A DNA stretch of 64,000 bases, from sequence record MH221129.1; one strand, given 5' to 3'. Below the pieces are notes generated by a model. The model was not told where the DNA came from, searched no databases, and saw only the letters and a program-made list of their open reading frames with translations. A program made the position numbers and the translations under genes. This document shows, piece by piece, positions 16,378 through 26,557 of the stretch. The first letter of the stretch is position 1, and the number at the start of each line of letters is the position of its first letter.

Positions 16378-17511
16378 TTACGTTTCCACTGACTGTGAAA
16401 TTGAATTAGCACCGTAATGAAGTCCGATCTCTCGCAGACTCATGCCCGTCGCATAAAAAATCTGATCACTAATACAGGTGACCAGTGCATCAGGGTCAAT
16501 CGCATCTATTGCGAGGTCGGATTCAAAATGCCATTTCTCGGTGACTCCACCCTTTTCGAAGGTCGCGGCATACATACCGGGTTGTACTCCCTGCCGGAAA
16601 GAAAAGAGTTTAGCGTCGGACTCGTTGTCCTGGCCATAAATTTCCCCGTCTTCACGTTTAATCGCTGCGCGTTTACACCGCGTCACCGTAAGTAAAGCGC
16701 GGCTGGCGGATGCTTGCTGTTTAAACGGATAGGGGCCATGGTATGACGGGACAGTTGAGTCGCCCATAGCGTCAAGGGCAATGCTCCGATAAACTACCGG
16801 AGACTTAAAGTTGCACAGTCGATTCCCTTCGGTATACATCGTGTACTCCACTTTGACGTGAGTACCGATAAGGTCTGCAGGACTGACTCCGTAATGAGCC
16901 AATTGCGCCTGCACGCGGCGAGACAGCATCGATGCCAGGAACGTTTGGTTTGTCGGTGTGCGCAAGACATAACCGTACTCTGTGCAGTCGATAATCGTCG
17001 CATCCATACGACGGACTGGCTCCAGCCGATAAAAGACACCGCCAGTTTCAATAAGAAATTGACTGATGCCGGCATCGCGGGATTTCTGTTTGATAGCTTC
17101 AAACACATCGCCCGCTCGCATCAAGGCCGGTTCAATTGCGTTGACCTGGAACGGTAGTGGCTTAGTAGGCAGCTGTCCCATAGTCGTGACCGTAATTGAA
17201 CGCAGTCTTGCATCATCTTCGGTGGGCTCGTTCGATAACCAATGCGTTAACCACCGAGATAAGTTTTGAGGAATGGTCGCTCTGGAATACAGAATCACCG
17301 TTCCCATGATACCCGCGTCCGCTAACATACGCGCGAGTATCGTATTCATTGAATCATACTTTCCATTTCGCAGAATGGGCATTCCACTAATCTGGACCAT
17401 CTCGCAGATGACGCCGTGAGGCAGCACCCACATTTTGACCTGCTGGTCGGGACCGACGGTTCCGTCGCGTAAGTGTTGTTGCCAGAGTTGCTTACGTTCG
17501 TAGTTCATCAT
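16378..17511 (-). CDS. Hypothetical protein, degenerate ATP-dependent DNA ligase-like fold (377 aa)
   Basis: Spacing of LPHG..., LRNGK, IMGT, RLEP..MDATII and OB-like GTHVKVEY...T.G resembles ligase motifs. ORF is solid; function is an inference. Confidence 0.55.
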   Translation of the reverse strand: MMNYERKQLWQQHLRDGTVGPDQQVKMWVLPHGVICEMVQISGMPILRNGKYDSMNTILARMLADAGIMGTVILYSRATIPQNLSRWLTHWLSNEPTEDDARLRSITVTTMGQLPTKPLPFQVNAIEPALMRAGDVFEAIKQKSRDAGISQFLIETGGVFYRLEPVRRMDATIIDCTEYGYVLRTPTNQTFLASMLSRRVQAQLAHYGVSPADLIGTHVKVEYTMYTEGNRLCNFKSPVVYRSIALDAMGDSTVPSYHGPYPFKQQASASRALLTVTRCKRAAIKREDGEIYGQDNESDAKLFSFRQGVQPGMYAATFEKGGVTEKWHFESDLAIDAIDPDALVTCISDQIFYATGMSLREIGLHYGANSISQSVET

Positions 17512-17545
17512 GGGTAAAATCTCCTTCAGGTATACGCTCAGTATG

Positions 17546-17563
17546 ATAATATCTATCTGTAAA
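17546..17563 (-). promoter_or_regulatory. Putative phage early promoter motif (ACAGATAGATATTAT)
   Basis: Related motif recurs upstream of minus-strand genes at ~5690, ~8670 and ~32460. Confidence 0.5.
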
Positions 17564-17582
17564 TTAATAGAGGCTCACCACC

Positions 17583-18959
17583 ATGTCTGAACTGGTTTAT
17601 GATTTTACCACCGGATGTTACCGCGAGGTCGGGGTGAAGGTTGCCGTCGAATCGTTCGGACGTGATCCGTTCTTCGACGACGGTGAATATTCCACCGGAA
17701 TGTATTACGATTATGGCTTCGGCGGTTATGTCCCAATGGGGCTGGTTGTTGCACACGAGGCCATGAAAAACGATTCGCTTCGTAAGGCATTCGAAGGAGC
17801 TTTCAAGAAAGTCGTTATCGATCGTCGCCTTGCCTCCAAGCTCCGCCATTACGTCAACGGCGTGCTGTCTCGTGAGGGCAACGTGGAGTGGCTGGGCTCC
17901 AACTTGCTCGGGGTACACAGCATCCGTTTTTACGATTCGGACCGTAACCGGTTGTTTGATGAAGTGCTAATGGTCGATGAAGACTACCTGGCAGAAATCA
18001 TCAAAGAGACCAACACCATCAACACTGACTGGGCAGTGGCTGGCGATACGTATAACCTGGCAATGGTCTTCTTGCTGCATTTGATGATGCCCAAGTTTTC
18101 CGACAAGGAAATCAAAGCGGCGGCGGTTGATTGCGTGACGTTACTGCAGTTTAAGTTCTACTCCAGTATCTATTACCACTTCTTCCCGAAACCGGTGGAC
18201 ATGCCAGCAGCAGAAGCCACGTACTCTATGTTGTCGCTGAAATTTGATATTCGTCGTTTGGGTAACTGGGGACTGCACATGCAGGAACGTTCTGAATACT
18301 TCTGTTCAACAGAATATCCGAACTATGATGCGGTCAAACGTTTCGATACCCCCGACTTAGTATTGCGTTTTATCACTGACTTGAACACCCGTACCAAACA
18401 GACCGTGAAAGACTATTACGGCGTCCTGGACAAAGTACGTCGTGACAATAGTCGTGTGGTTACGCAATCGACACGTATTGAGTTGGATGGCGAATCTATC
18501 ATTCGTGACAAAGTGGGTGCGTTGGACATCGCTAAACAGAATCTGTTCGATGCGTCGTACGACCTGAACAATCTGTACAAAGAGCAGCTGGCGAAGGTGG
18601 TGTTGGAACTGGTACCCAAAGCATCTCCTGCTGCATTGAAAACGTTGTTACAATACATCGCCTCCTTGCCACTCGGGAAGAAACGCGACGAGATTAACAG
18701 TATCATGGAAGACACCTTGTCACATGCCTTCGATGAGATTGTAACCTCGCGGTTGAACTTTAACGATGCGGTGGTGGTCTTGCAACGTATGCGTGCTTTG
18801 TACCAAGCATCCAAGTCACCAAACCCGTATGTGTTATCTCTGCGTCAGCGTATCGAGAAGTTGGCCGCACGTGAAACGCATATTCGACACGAATCGGCAT
18901 TGGCGGCTTTACGTAATGCGCTGCTGTTGTATTTTCTTATCCGCTCTTTGCAGAAATAA
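17583..18959 (+). CDS. Conserved jumbo-phage protein, probably virion-associated (458 aa)
   Basis: Long ORF, SD GAGG, convergent on the terminase operon. Confidence 0.7.
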   Translation: MSELVYDFTTGCYREVGVKVAVESFGRDPFFDDGEYSTGMYYDYGFGGYVPMGLVVAHEAMKNDSLRKAFEGAFKKVVIDRRLASKLRHYVNGVLSREGNVEWLGSNLLGVHSIRFYDSDRNRLFDEVLMVDEDYLAEIIKETNTINTDWAVAGDTYNLAMVFLLHLMMPKFSDKEIKAAAVDCVTLLQFKFYSSIYYHFFPKPVDMPAAEATYSMLSLKFDIRRLGNWGLHMQERSEYFCSTEYPNYDAVKRFDTPDLVLRFITDLNTRTKQTVKDYYGVLDKVRRDNSRVVTQSTRIELDGESIIRDKVGALDIAKQNLFDASYDLNNLYKEQLAKVVLELVPKASPAALKTLLQYIASLPLGKKRDEINSIMEDTLSHAFDEIVTSRLNFNDAVVVLQRMRALYQASKSPNPYVLSLRQRIEKLAARETHIRHESALAALRNALLLYFLIRSLQK

Positions 18960-19028
18960 ATAAAAACGCCACCACCCCTGTTTGGGGGTGGTGGCTAACT
19001 CGTATTTTTCCGTGTCGACTTATTAAAC

Positions 19029-19268
19029 TCAGGCAACTCCTGATACAGCGATTTGATGTAACGTGTACACCGTGTGCAACCCCGCCGTTGATAACCCACC
19101 GGCAAGTAGCACGCCAAAAGTGACCACAATCTGACCGACTCGAAGTGTTCGACCGGCAATATCGTGTTCGATGGCGTGCTGACGTATCACTGCAAACGTG
19201 TGGCGTAAGCCGTAGTATAGGCAAATCCACAATACCAGAACTATGCAATAGTAGAGTTGAGTCATCAC
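19029..19268 (-). CDS. Small putative two-TM membrane protein (79 aa)
   Basis: Start overlaps terminase stop (ATGA); two hydrophobic segments. Confidence 0.55.
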   Translation of the reverse strand: MMTQLYYCIVLVLWICLYYGLRHTFAVIRQHAIEHDIAGRTLRVGQIVVTFGVLLAGGLSTAGLHTVYTLHQIAVSGVA

Positions 19269-21376
19269 TTCATCCTCTGTCGTTGGATAAGCTCTTTCAA
19301 GCTCTCCATCGATGCGACGTTTCGTACGTCAGTGTTGAGTTGAGAGACAAGAGATTGAATGCGACTTCGGTAGGTCAGTTGCTGCACAGGATCTACAGCT
19401 GACTGCGCCTGCTTAATCATCGTTTCAATTTCCCCCATCAGTTTTTGTTGCTTTTCTTCTTCCTCGACTGCAGCCTCTTCATCGAAAGCACCCCCACCGC
19501 CGCCTAACATGCTGCGGTTACGCATCATCAGTCGACTGTTACTTATTCCGTAATGGCCTAAGTTGTTGCCGAACAATAGTAACCACATTGCCAGGAGCCA
19601 GGAGATAACAAGGTCATCGTGTCCGGAAGCACGGTGGTCGATACGACCGTTGCGTTCCACGAGACCGAGGATTTGGTCGATTAGTTCACCTGACCGCAGT
19701 AAGTCAGCGGACAAGCGTAACGCCGTGGTGAATACCTCACCATACAACTTACGGCGTTTATCCTGGTCGGTTGCGAAACCGATGTACTTACGGAATTTAT
19801 CCCAGAAGCGCTCCGGACTGCCCACAGGGCCACGATGGAACTCTTTGAATAGATCATCGTTTCGAGAGTAATCCTGGGTCACTTTCACGTACAAACGACG
19901 GTGCAAATCGCGAACCTTAGACTGCAGCTGCAAGATAATTGCATCTGCCACCGAGGAGCCGGTAGAACGCCGTTCCAGAATGAGGACCGTATTCGGATAC
20001 TTGATCATGAAGTCTGCGAGGTGTATCGCAAACCCGATGACGTTCGTTTCGTTTACGGTGAGTTTGCCGGCATATTCGCCGTTAACTGAATTGACGATGG
20101 ACATGGCAATGGCGTCACGACCAACTGCTTCGGAAGTATCCAAGCCGATGATGTGGCGGTCTTGCATTTTGATAGCCATCTGGTCTTCAGGGTAATACCA
20201 GTCCGTTACGTAGTTCGATGCAGAGATATCTTTCCACACCGCACGCATCCTTGACCCGTTCATACGTCGAGCATCATCGCCTGAGAACGGTTTGTTGTAA
20301 CCACCAGTCGTCCATTCACCACCGAAGTCACGGCGGATTTGGTCGGGAGTACCTGGGGCGTTGGCGATCATGTCTGCCAGCTCCTCGTCCGTCGTCCCGA
20401 GTTGACGGTGGTTATACTTGACGTAGAACATGATACGTGGAATCTTCGCAGTGGAGCCTTTGCGAATCATCTCAATGAGTTGTCCACGCGTCGGTATGTC
20501 AATGTAGCGCTCATCCCACGGAATACCCGAGGTCATCAGCTCGTACATGTACGCACCTTCTTCCGTTGCCAAGTCACCAGGCGTTGTTGCGAAGACGTTG
20601 CCATAAGGTACGCCTTCGGCTTCGTTGATACGACGTGCCGCCGTACCCGATGCCAGAGCTGCCGGAAGAATGTGGTGGATGTTGTTGGTAAAGGGTCCTT
20701 CATCCGAAAACAGACGACCAGCAGTAAGACCACGCCCTACCCCGTTCGCTGCTTCTTTGTCGTTTTGACCGATACCCGTGATGAGTTTGTTACCCTGCGC
20801 CAAACAAGCAAACGTTTCGCGGTTGTCAGGATCGTCTGGGTGATGAGGCCAAAGATAATCCGGCAACGCGTTACGCAGCTGCTTCATTTTGTTAATGGTT
20901 TCTTCACGCAGGGCTGGACCCTTCGTGATAAGAATCGTACGGGAGTTTTCCAGGAAGCGCATCAGCCACAACAGCAGTGCGGACATACCGACTGTTTTAC
21001 CGTGCTGACGTAGGAACTCAACCGCGGAGTCGATGTTGTTGAAGAAAATCCAATACATCGAAAAGTTACCACGGTCTAAACGAAAAGGCATCCCGTTCTT
21101 CACACCATCCGCAGGTACCCGCACACATTCCCGGAAGAAGTACCATGGATTCTCGGCACACTCGGCGATGACCATCGCTTTTTGTTCGATCGTTAAATCT
21201 GGACTGAACGGGTCAACCCCACGGAGTTCAGGATTGTGTAACGCCAGGTGACAATACCAGTGGTGGACACCCAATCCCTGTAGCGTGGTAGCGAACTGTG
21301 TGAAGTGTTCGTTCGGCGTCAGGTCATCAATGATAGCCCCTGGATAGTGACGCCAATCGTTTTGTCGTAGTATCAT
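19265..21376 (-). CDS. terL: Terminase large subunit (phiKZ gp25-like)
   Basis: Walker A-like LRQHGKT, Walker B LFSDEGPF, RuvC-like IIGLDTS and HDDLVIS; adenine-binding ENPWYFFRE. Confidence 0.92.
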   Translation of the reverse strand: MILRQNDWRHYPGAIIDDLTPNEHFTQFATTLQGLGVHHWYCHLALHNPELRGVDPFSPDLTIEQKAMVIAECAENPWYFFRECVRVPADGVKNGMPFRLDRGNFSMYWIFFNNIDSAVEFLRQHGKTVGMSALLLWLMRFLENSRTILITKGPALREETINKMKQLRNALPDYLWPHHPDDPDNRETFACLAQGNKLITGIGQNDKEAANGVGRGLTAGRLFSDEGPFTNNIHHILPAALASGTAARRINEAEGVPYGNVFATTPGDLATEEGAYMYELMTSGIPWDERYIDIPTRGQLIEMIRKGSTAKIPRIMFYVKYNHRQLGTTDEELADMIANAPGTPDQIRRDFGGEWTTGGYNKPFSGDDARRMNGSRMRAVWKDISASNYVTDWYYPEDQMAIKMQDRHIIGLDTSEAVGRDAIAMSIVNSVNGEYAGKLTVNETNVIGFAIHLADFMIKYPNTVLILERRSTGSSVADAIILQLQSKVRDLHRRLYVKVTQDYSRNDDLFKEFHRGPVGSPERFWDKFRKYIGFATDQDKRRKLYGEVFTTALRLSADLLRSGELIDQILGLVERNGRIDHRASGHDDLVISWLLAMWLLLFGNNLGHYGISNSRLMMRNRSMLGGGGGAFDEEAAVEEEEKQQKLMGEIETMIKQAQSAVDPVQQLTYRSRIQSLVSQLNTDVRNVASMESLKELIQRQRMK

Positions 21377-21421
21377 ACAATCTCCATGCCTCCACCCCCG
21401 AAGGGGTGGAGGACGGTGTTA

Positions 21422-23065
21422 TTACTCGATGTGGTGCGCCAGCATTGGCGTAGCCGCAAGGTTCAGCGTATCCGTTGGCGTGCGACGAATCCAACGAATA
21501 ACCAATGAGTCATCCAGCGCTACACGATAATCCACTGGCAGTGCAGTGTTCATCCACTCATCGATACCGTAGGTGTAAACTTTACCACCAACGTGTACTT
21601 CGAAGTGTGTAGGTTCTGGAGCTTCTGACTCATTACGTCGGTCGTACAACGGATAGACCGGCTCGTACAGCGCTTTAAGCCATTCGGCTTTAGACGCCGC
21701 CTTACAGCTAACATCCAGCGTAGAGAAGTTGACGTTAGAGTATTTGAACTCTGCCCAAATTTCGTTACCGTAGGTCAGACCATCTGGCAGATACTCGATA
21801 AGGAAGTTGGTGTTGAGTTCATTACCCGGATTCACCAGCGTAATGGCAAAGGACTGTGCCTGAATGAACGCACGGAACTGTGAGTTCACTTTGCTAATGT
21901 CGCACTGTACGTTCAGACGCTGTTTCACACCCATCAGTAACGGGTCGAAAGAAGTACCGCTGGTATACTGAATAGCAGCAGTTGCGTCATAGACCTGACC
22001 ACGGGTCAGATTGTACAGCAAGAACGACAGACGATAGCCACGGTTTGCATCCAGCCAACGCGGAACCACGAACAGTTTCATTGAGTACGCGCCGTCGACC
22101 GTTTCGGTCACCGCAGTGTAGTCTTTGATAATCGTGTCTTTGACGATATCGGTACCGCCGTAGGTTTCCCCTTTCGCCAGTTGATAACTTAACTGGCACG
22201 GCAGCTCGTTACCGGCGTTGGACGAGATGTAATACGTGTCATGCGCCCCTGAGTTACGCAGGCCGTTAAACTTCACACGCGCCCCATCAATCGGTAAGCG
22301 TTTAGTTCCATCGCTGTACTGTACTTGGCACCACAGCGGAATGGATTCCAACGGCATGTTGATAGGCAGCGTCAGAGTCAGGCCATCGGCATCTACCAGG
22401 AACGGGGATACCAGTTTGATACCGACCACAGTACGCGCCGGCGTCTCTTGCGCCATCACCAGGTTAGTTTTGATGATGTGCGCATGAATGATTTGCACCA
22501 CGTTACCCACGTCGGAGTAAACAAGCAGCATACATTCTTCGCCGTTCTCGACCTCTGCCAGGCAACTACCCGGCACTGCCATTTTGACCACACGCTCAGA
22601 ACCTTCCGCACTGATAGTTTGCACCGGCAGGTAGGTGTACTTCAGCTGACCGTCTTTGTAATAGCCCGAGAGAATCTCAGCACTGTCGCTGACCGATGAA
22701 CCGCGCAGAACACGTACCCCGTCAACATCTGGGCCGTTGAATGTGATGGCGTCATCAAACACCATGGTCGGTGGCAGCTTGGTGCTGTCGACGTACACAC
22801 GGTATTTGTCGGAACGTAGCGAGTAGTGACCATTCAAACGGCCATCCTGGTTCGCCACACCCACACCACCGAACGGTTCGGTTTCCCATGACGGTGCGCT
22901 GTAGTTTACACTTACGACACGGTCGAAACCTTGTGAAAGATCGTTAACAATCAAATCCTTCGGGTTAGGCACATACCCCGTAGGCTTGTTCTTTTCCCAT
23001 AACTCGGACGGGTCCCAAATTCGGAACCCCCTGTCCTTGTTAATGATGTCTGTAGTTAAGGCCAT
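21422..23065 (-). CDS. Virion structural protein (547 aa)
   Basis: Synteny: phiKZ gp26-like position next to the terminase. Confidence 0.7.
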   Translation of the reverse strand: MALTTDIINKDRGFRIWDPSELWEKNKPTGYVPNPKDLIVNDLSQGFDRVVSVNYSAPSWETEPFGGVGVANQDGRLNGHYSLRSDKYRVYVDSTKLPPTMVFDDAITFNGPDVDGVRVLRGSSVSDSAEILSGYYKDGQLKYTYLPVQTISAEGSERVVKMAVPGSCLAEVENGEECMLLVYSDVGNVVQIIHAHIIKTNLVMAQETPARTVVGIKLVSPFLVDADGLTLTLPINMPLESIPLWCQVQYSDGTKRLPIDGARVKFNGLRNSGAHDTYYISSNAGNELPCQLSYQLAKGETYGGTDIVKDTIIKDYTAVTETVDGAYSMKLFVVPRWLDANRGYRLSFLLYNLTRGQVYDATAAIQYTSGTSFDPLLMGVKQRLNVQCDISKVNSQFRAFIQAQSFAITLVNPGNELNTNFLIEYLPDGLTYGNEIWAEFKYSNVNFSTLDVSCKAASKAEWLKALYEPVYPLYDRRNESEAPEPTHFEVHVGGKVYTYGIDEWMNTALPVDYRVALDDSLVIRWIRRTPTDTLNLAATPMLAHHIE

Positions 23066-23068
23066 GGA

Positions 23069-25582
23069 TTAACCCTTGATTTTCAGATACTGGTTTAGCT
23101 GCACTTCGCCGTTCAAGTAACGCGCGTTCACACGGTCCAGGAAAGCAAAGCCCAGTTCGTTAATTTCTACCGTCTCGTATTTCACATGCGGGTGCATCTT
23201 AACGAACGCTTTATCGTAACCAATGTACGCTGGGTCGAAAGGCAGAAGGTCTTCATAACGCTTCATGATTTCGTCCAGCTGCGTAGTCGAGATACGGTAA
23301 TCCGGATCATCTTCCCGCAGAATCAAAATGCCTTGTAGGTAGTCCCACAAGATTTTGTTCAACGTTGGTGAATACAAGTGATACAAGTACGGCAGTGGTA
23401 CCGGGTTAACCGGTGGCGGTGTTGGGAACCAGTTCGTCAAATACGCTTCGACCCGGTCATCCAGATCCCGAGCAATATCACGCAACGCGTAAGTATCGCC
23501 TGTGACCAACGTCCTCAAAGGAATGGTCGGGTCATCTACGGAATACGGGAAACCGTCCTGAACGATATCCACACCAATGGTGTTGTCCTCACGGAAAACA
23601 ACCTCGTCACGCAGAAGTAATGAACCACCACCCACAACACGAATGACCTTGTCATCACGCGCATCGAACTGGTTGTTATTCGACAGTAAGCCGCTGGAAA
23701 CAAAACCGTGCTTAGGCACGCGCAGTGTACCAGTTACCCCACGACAACGAACAGAAACTTTGTTGCTATCCCCATCACCCATCCAGGCTTTACACACCAC
23801 GACCAGTTCAGGCCAACGAACCGTATAGTCGATGCCGTGCACCAACGGATGATCGTTCAGCCAGACTTCGACGGTCTCCATCGGAATCCACAACGTCCGC
23901 TGATTGCCATCCTGGTTGCGTGCCAGAATTGGGATACGTATTTCGCCTTCACTGACCGCCACATCCATTTCAAAGAACAGGTGCAGGTCATCGTAGATCA
24001 CCGTCGGGTGACGACGGGTACGGTCGACCGTCCAGACAATCTGGTTGTTCTCCCGTAGATAGTCCGTCCCTTCTTCCGCTTTGTAGTAATCGTCAGTAGG
24101 AACTTCCCCAATCACCATGCGTATCCACAACCCGACGTTTTGTCCTTCTTCGATTTCGAAATCAGGTGCATTGTCGACGATGTGAACCGCATCCGAGCAG
24201 TCGCCTGCAATCGCTTCGATGATACGCGCAGCGGGGTCACGGGCTTTGTAAATGTCGTAACCAACGTTACGATGGCTGCCGAGTAACAGGCCATCTGCGT
24301 CGTATTCGTAAACCGTGGAGAGCGTGGCTAACAGGTCAGGCAGTACAGCCTGATAGCCCCCGGCGGTTAACGAGAGACGTTGTGGGGTATCTGCACTGTA
24401 GCGGGCAACCGCATTATAACCATACGCATCAGTCGCCAAGTCTCGCGTGATGTTCCGCAGCTTCGCGGCGGCTACTTTGTTCGCTGCTGATTCCTCGAGA
24501 TTGGCCGCTTGCCACTCTGCCACATTCGCGTTCGCACCCACCATCGCATCGATAATTTTATCGTCACTCAAACGGTAGAGGTCATGCGTGTGTGAAGAGT
24601 TATACAGCGGTTTCAAGTCGAGGAAGTCTTCACGAATCAGTAAACGAATCGTTAACCCATCGATATCGTTCATCACATTGCTAAACGCATTACGGTATTT
24701 CGAGATACGTTCAGACGGGATGGACAAATCGTTCCAGGTCAGCTGACGCATCGCGCGGTGACGATGACGGTGATAGTAACGACCTTCCCCCTGCCACAAC
24801 AGCTGGATCTCACAGTCGTTATTGAAAATCCATTCACCGTCCCCTTTCGGGATATGCAGCAAATATTTGCGGGTCTGGTCGAGCGTGGAGTAAAACGTCC
24901 GCAGGTCGCCACAGCGATAATCGATAACGCGACGAATCCGGCCATCGACACGAATCTCAACGTCATCCCACGCCTTGATGTTTGCCGGTTTTGGGTCAAC
25001 GATCATCTTACCGTTGACCCAGAAGTCGACATAACCCTGCTTCTGCGTTTTCAGCAGATTGTAACGATCCAGAATAACCTGAATCTGTTGCGGGTTAGGC
25101 GGAGAGAATGATTCGATGGTGGTCGGCTTGATGACAGGCGCATTTTCACCACCCGTGTAACCGGCGTAGATACGCAGATAGCACGGAGTGTCATCTAACC
25201 ACTTGTAACGATCGGTCTGCGGAATCGCCATGTAAATCTGACCGGAGATAGTCCGCCAGAAGTAAACCGAATTTGACGGAACGATAGTCCCATCCTCGTT
25301 ATAGACCTGCATCCAGGAATGGAAATTGTTGACACACGTGGTCAGTTTCTTCCAGCGCTCGACAGGGATGCTAAGGTTACCGTAGTTCAAATGGAGTTTA
25401 TCGATAGCATATGCGTGCCACCAACCACTTCCCGGTAACGGAATAGGATTACGCCCGTGCTTGAAAAAGCCGATCGCCCCTGTCTTTTCGGTTAATCGAA
25501 AAGGCGCAACATTTAACACCCCATCGAGGTACGGACGCTGCCACGCGTTCTTGACGGCGTGGGCGACCAGCCAATTCTCCAT
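23069..25582 (-). CDS. Virion structural protein (837 aa)
   Basis: Synteny: phiKZ gp27-like position. Confidence 0.7.
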   Translation of the reverse strand: MENWLVAHAVKNAWQRPYLDGVLNVAPFRLTEKTGAIGFFKHGRNPIPLPGSGWWHAYAIDKLHLNYGNLSIPVERWKKLTTCVNNFHSWMQVYNEDGTIVPSNSVYFWRTISGQIYMAIPQTDRYKWLDDTPCYLRIYAGYTGGENAPVIKPTTIESFSPPNPQQIQVILDRYNLLKTQKQGYVDFWVNGKMIVDPKPANIKAWDDVEIRVDGRIRRVIDYRCGDLRTFYSTLDQTRKYLLHIPKGDGEWIFNNDCEIQLLWQGEGRYYHRHRHRAMRQLTWNDLSIPSERISKYRNAFSNVMNDIDGLTIRLLIREDFLDLKPLYNSSHTHDLYRLSDDKIIDAMVGANANVAEWQAANLEESAANKVAAAKLRNITRDLATDAYGYNAVARYSADTPQRLSLTAGGYQAVLPDLLATLSTVYEYDADGLLLGSHRNVGYDIYKARDPAARIIEAIAGDCSDAVHIVDNAPDFEIEEGQNVGLWIRMVIGEVPTDDYYKAEEGTDYLRENNQIVWTVDRTRRHPTVIYDDLHLFFEMDVAVSEGEIRIPILARNQDGNQRTLWIPMETVEVWLNDHPLVHGIDYTVRWPELVVVCKAWMGDGDSNKVSVRCRGVTGTLRVPKHGFVSSGLLSNNNQFDARDDKVIRVVGGGSLLLRDEVVFREDNTIGVDIVQDGFPYSVDDPTIPLRTLVTGDTYALRDIARDLDDRVEAYLTNWFPTPPPVNPVPLPYLYHLYSPTLNKILWDYLQGILILREDDPDYRISTTQLDEIMKRYEDLLPFDPAYIGYDKAFVKMHPHVKYETVEINELGFAFLDRVNARYLNGEVQLNQYLKIKG

Positions 25583-25592
25583 AGTGGGCCTC

Positions 25593-26498
25593 TTACTTGA
25601 CGTTGGTCGGTTTGGTGTTTTGGTTCAGTACGATGTTGTACGTGAATTCAAACTTGTCGGCTTTCTTCGCCGTGTCTGACTTCTTCACAATGCCACCTAA
25701 CCGGCTACGGTTAAACATGTTATTACCCAGGCACGCTTTGATCATCACGAGAAGGCTCGGTGGATATTCAATGGCACTGGTTGTAAGCTGCTTCTCATAA
25801 CTCACGCCGAAGAAGCTGGTATTCAGCATCTGTTGCAGCGACACGATGTTCAAATCGCGAACACGCGGAGTGATGTCTGCCGCTTGTACCATCTCGATGA
25901 ATTCGGCGATGTTGCGCGGGAACAGATATTCTGTGTGGCCCGTAACAGATTCAAACAGCTCGGCTGGTAAGCCCAGTTGCTGCTCAAGCATCTGCTGTAA
26001 ACGCAGGGCTTTTACGTCATCTTCCACGTTGTTGTAGAACTGCCCAACAGAGAACAAAGCAGCCAATGCTTTGATTTGCCCACTTTGATATGGAGCAAGT
26101 GCAAACGTGTGGGTGATGGCATCCGCAACCCATTTGCTAAAAATCTCATGGTGGTAAGGCAGCTGAGCCATCAGTGCAGCGTGTTTACCATTATTCCGTT
26201 TCCACACCAATTCCCAGCGAGCCTGGTCGATACGCAGCGCGTGTTCGACTGGGTTTCGTATTTTTAGCTCGCCGGTCTTATCCAGCGTGGTAAATGTGCG
26301 TGCGTCAACATACACGTCGTCGCCGATAACAATCGGCAAAGGAAACGGTTTTACATCAGCGGTGTCGATAACGTAGTGAACTTCGTCCGACTGCGCAACG
26401 GTTTGGTTGAGTTTACGTGCTAATTCCAGGTCTGCCTTGATGCGAGTCAGATCGAGGACATTAAAGGGATTTCCGCTGTAAGCGTTTTCGAGTGCCAT
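25593..26498 (-). CDS. Virion-associated protein (301 aa)
   Basis: Synteny: phiKZ gp28-like, divergent from the sheath gene. Confidence 0.65.
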   Translation of the reverse strand: MALENAYSGNPFNVLDLTRIKADLELARKLNQTVAQSDEVHYVIDTADVKPFPLPIVIGDDVYVDARTFTTLDKTGELKIRNPVEHALRIDQARWELVWKRNNGKHAALMAQLPYHHEIFSKWVADAITHTFALAPYQSGQIKALAALFSVGQFYNNVEDDVKALRLQQMLEQQLGLPAELFESVTGHTEYLFPRNIAEFIEMVQAADITPRVRDLNIVSLQQMLNTSFFGVSYEKQLTTSAIEYPPSLLVMIKACLGNNMFNRSRLGGIVKKSDTAKKADKFEFTYNIVLNQNTKPTNVK

Positions 26499-26557
26499 GA
26501 GTTTGATACCTTAGTATGACCATCTGGTCTTTTAAGACGAATATATGGAGACGTTCC

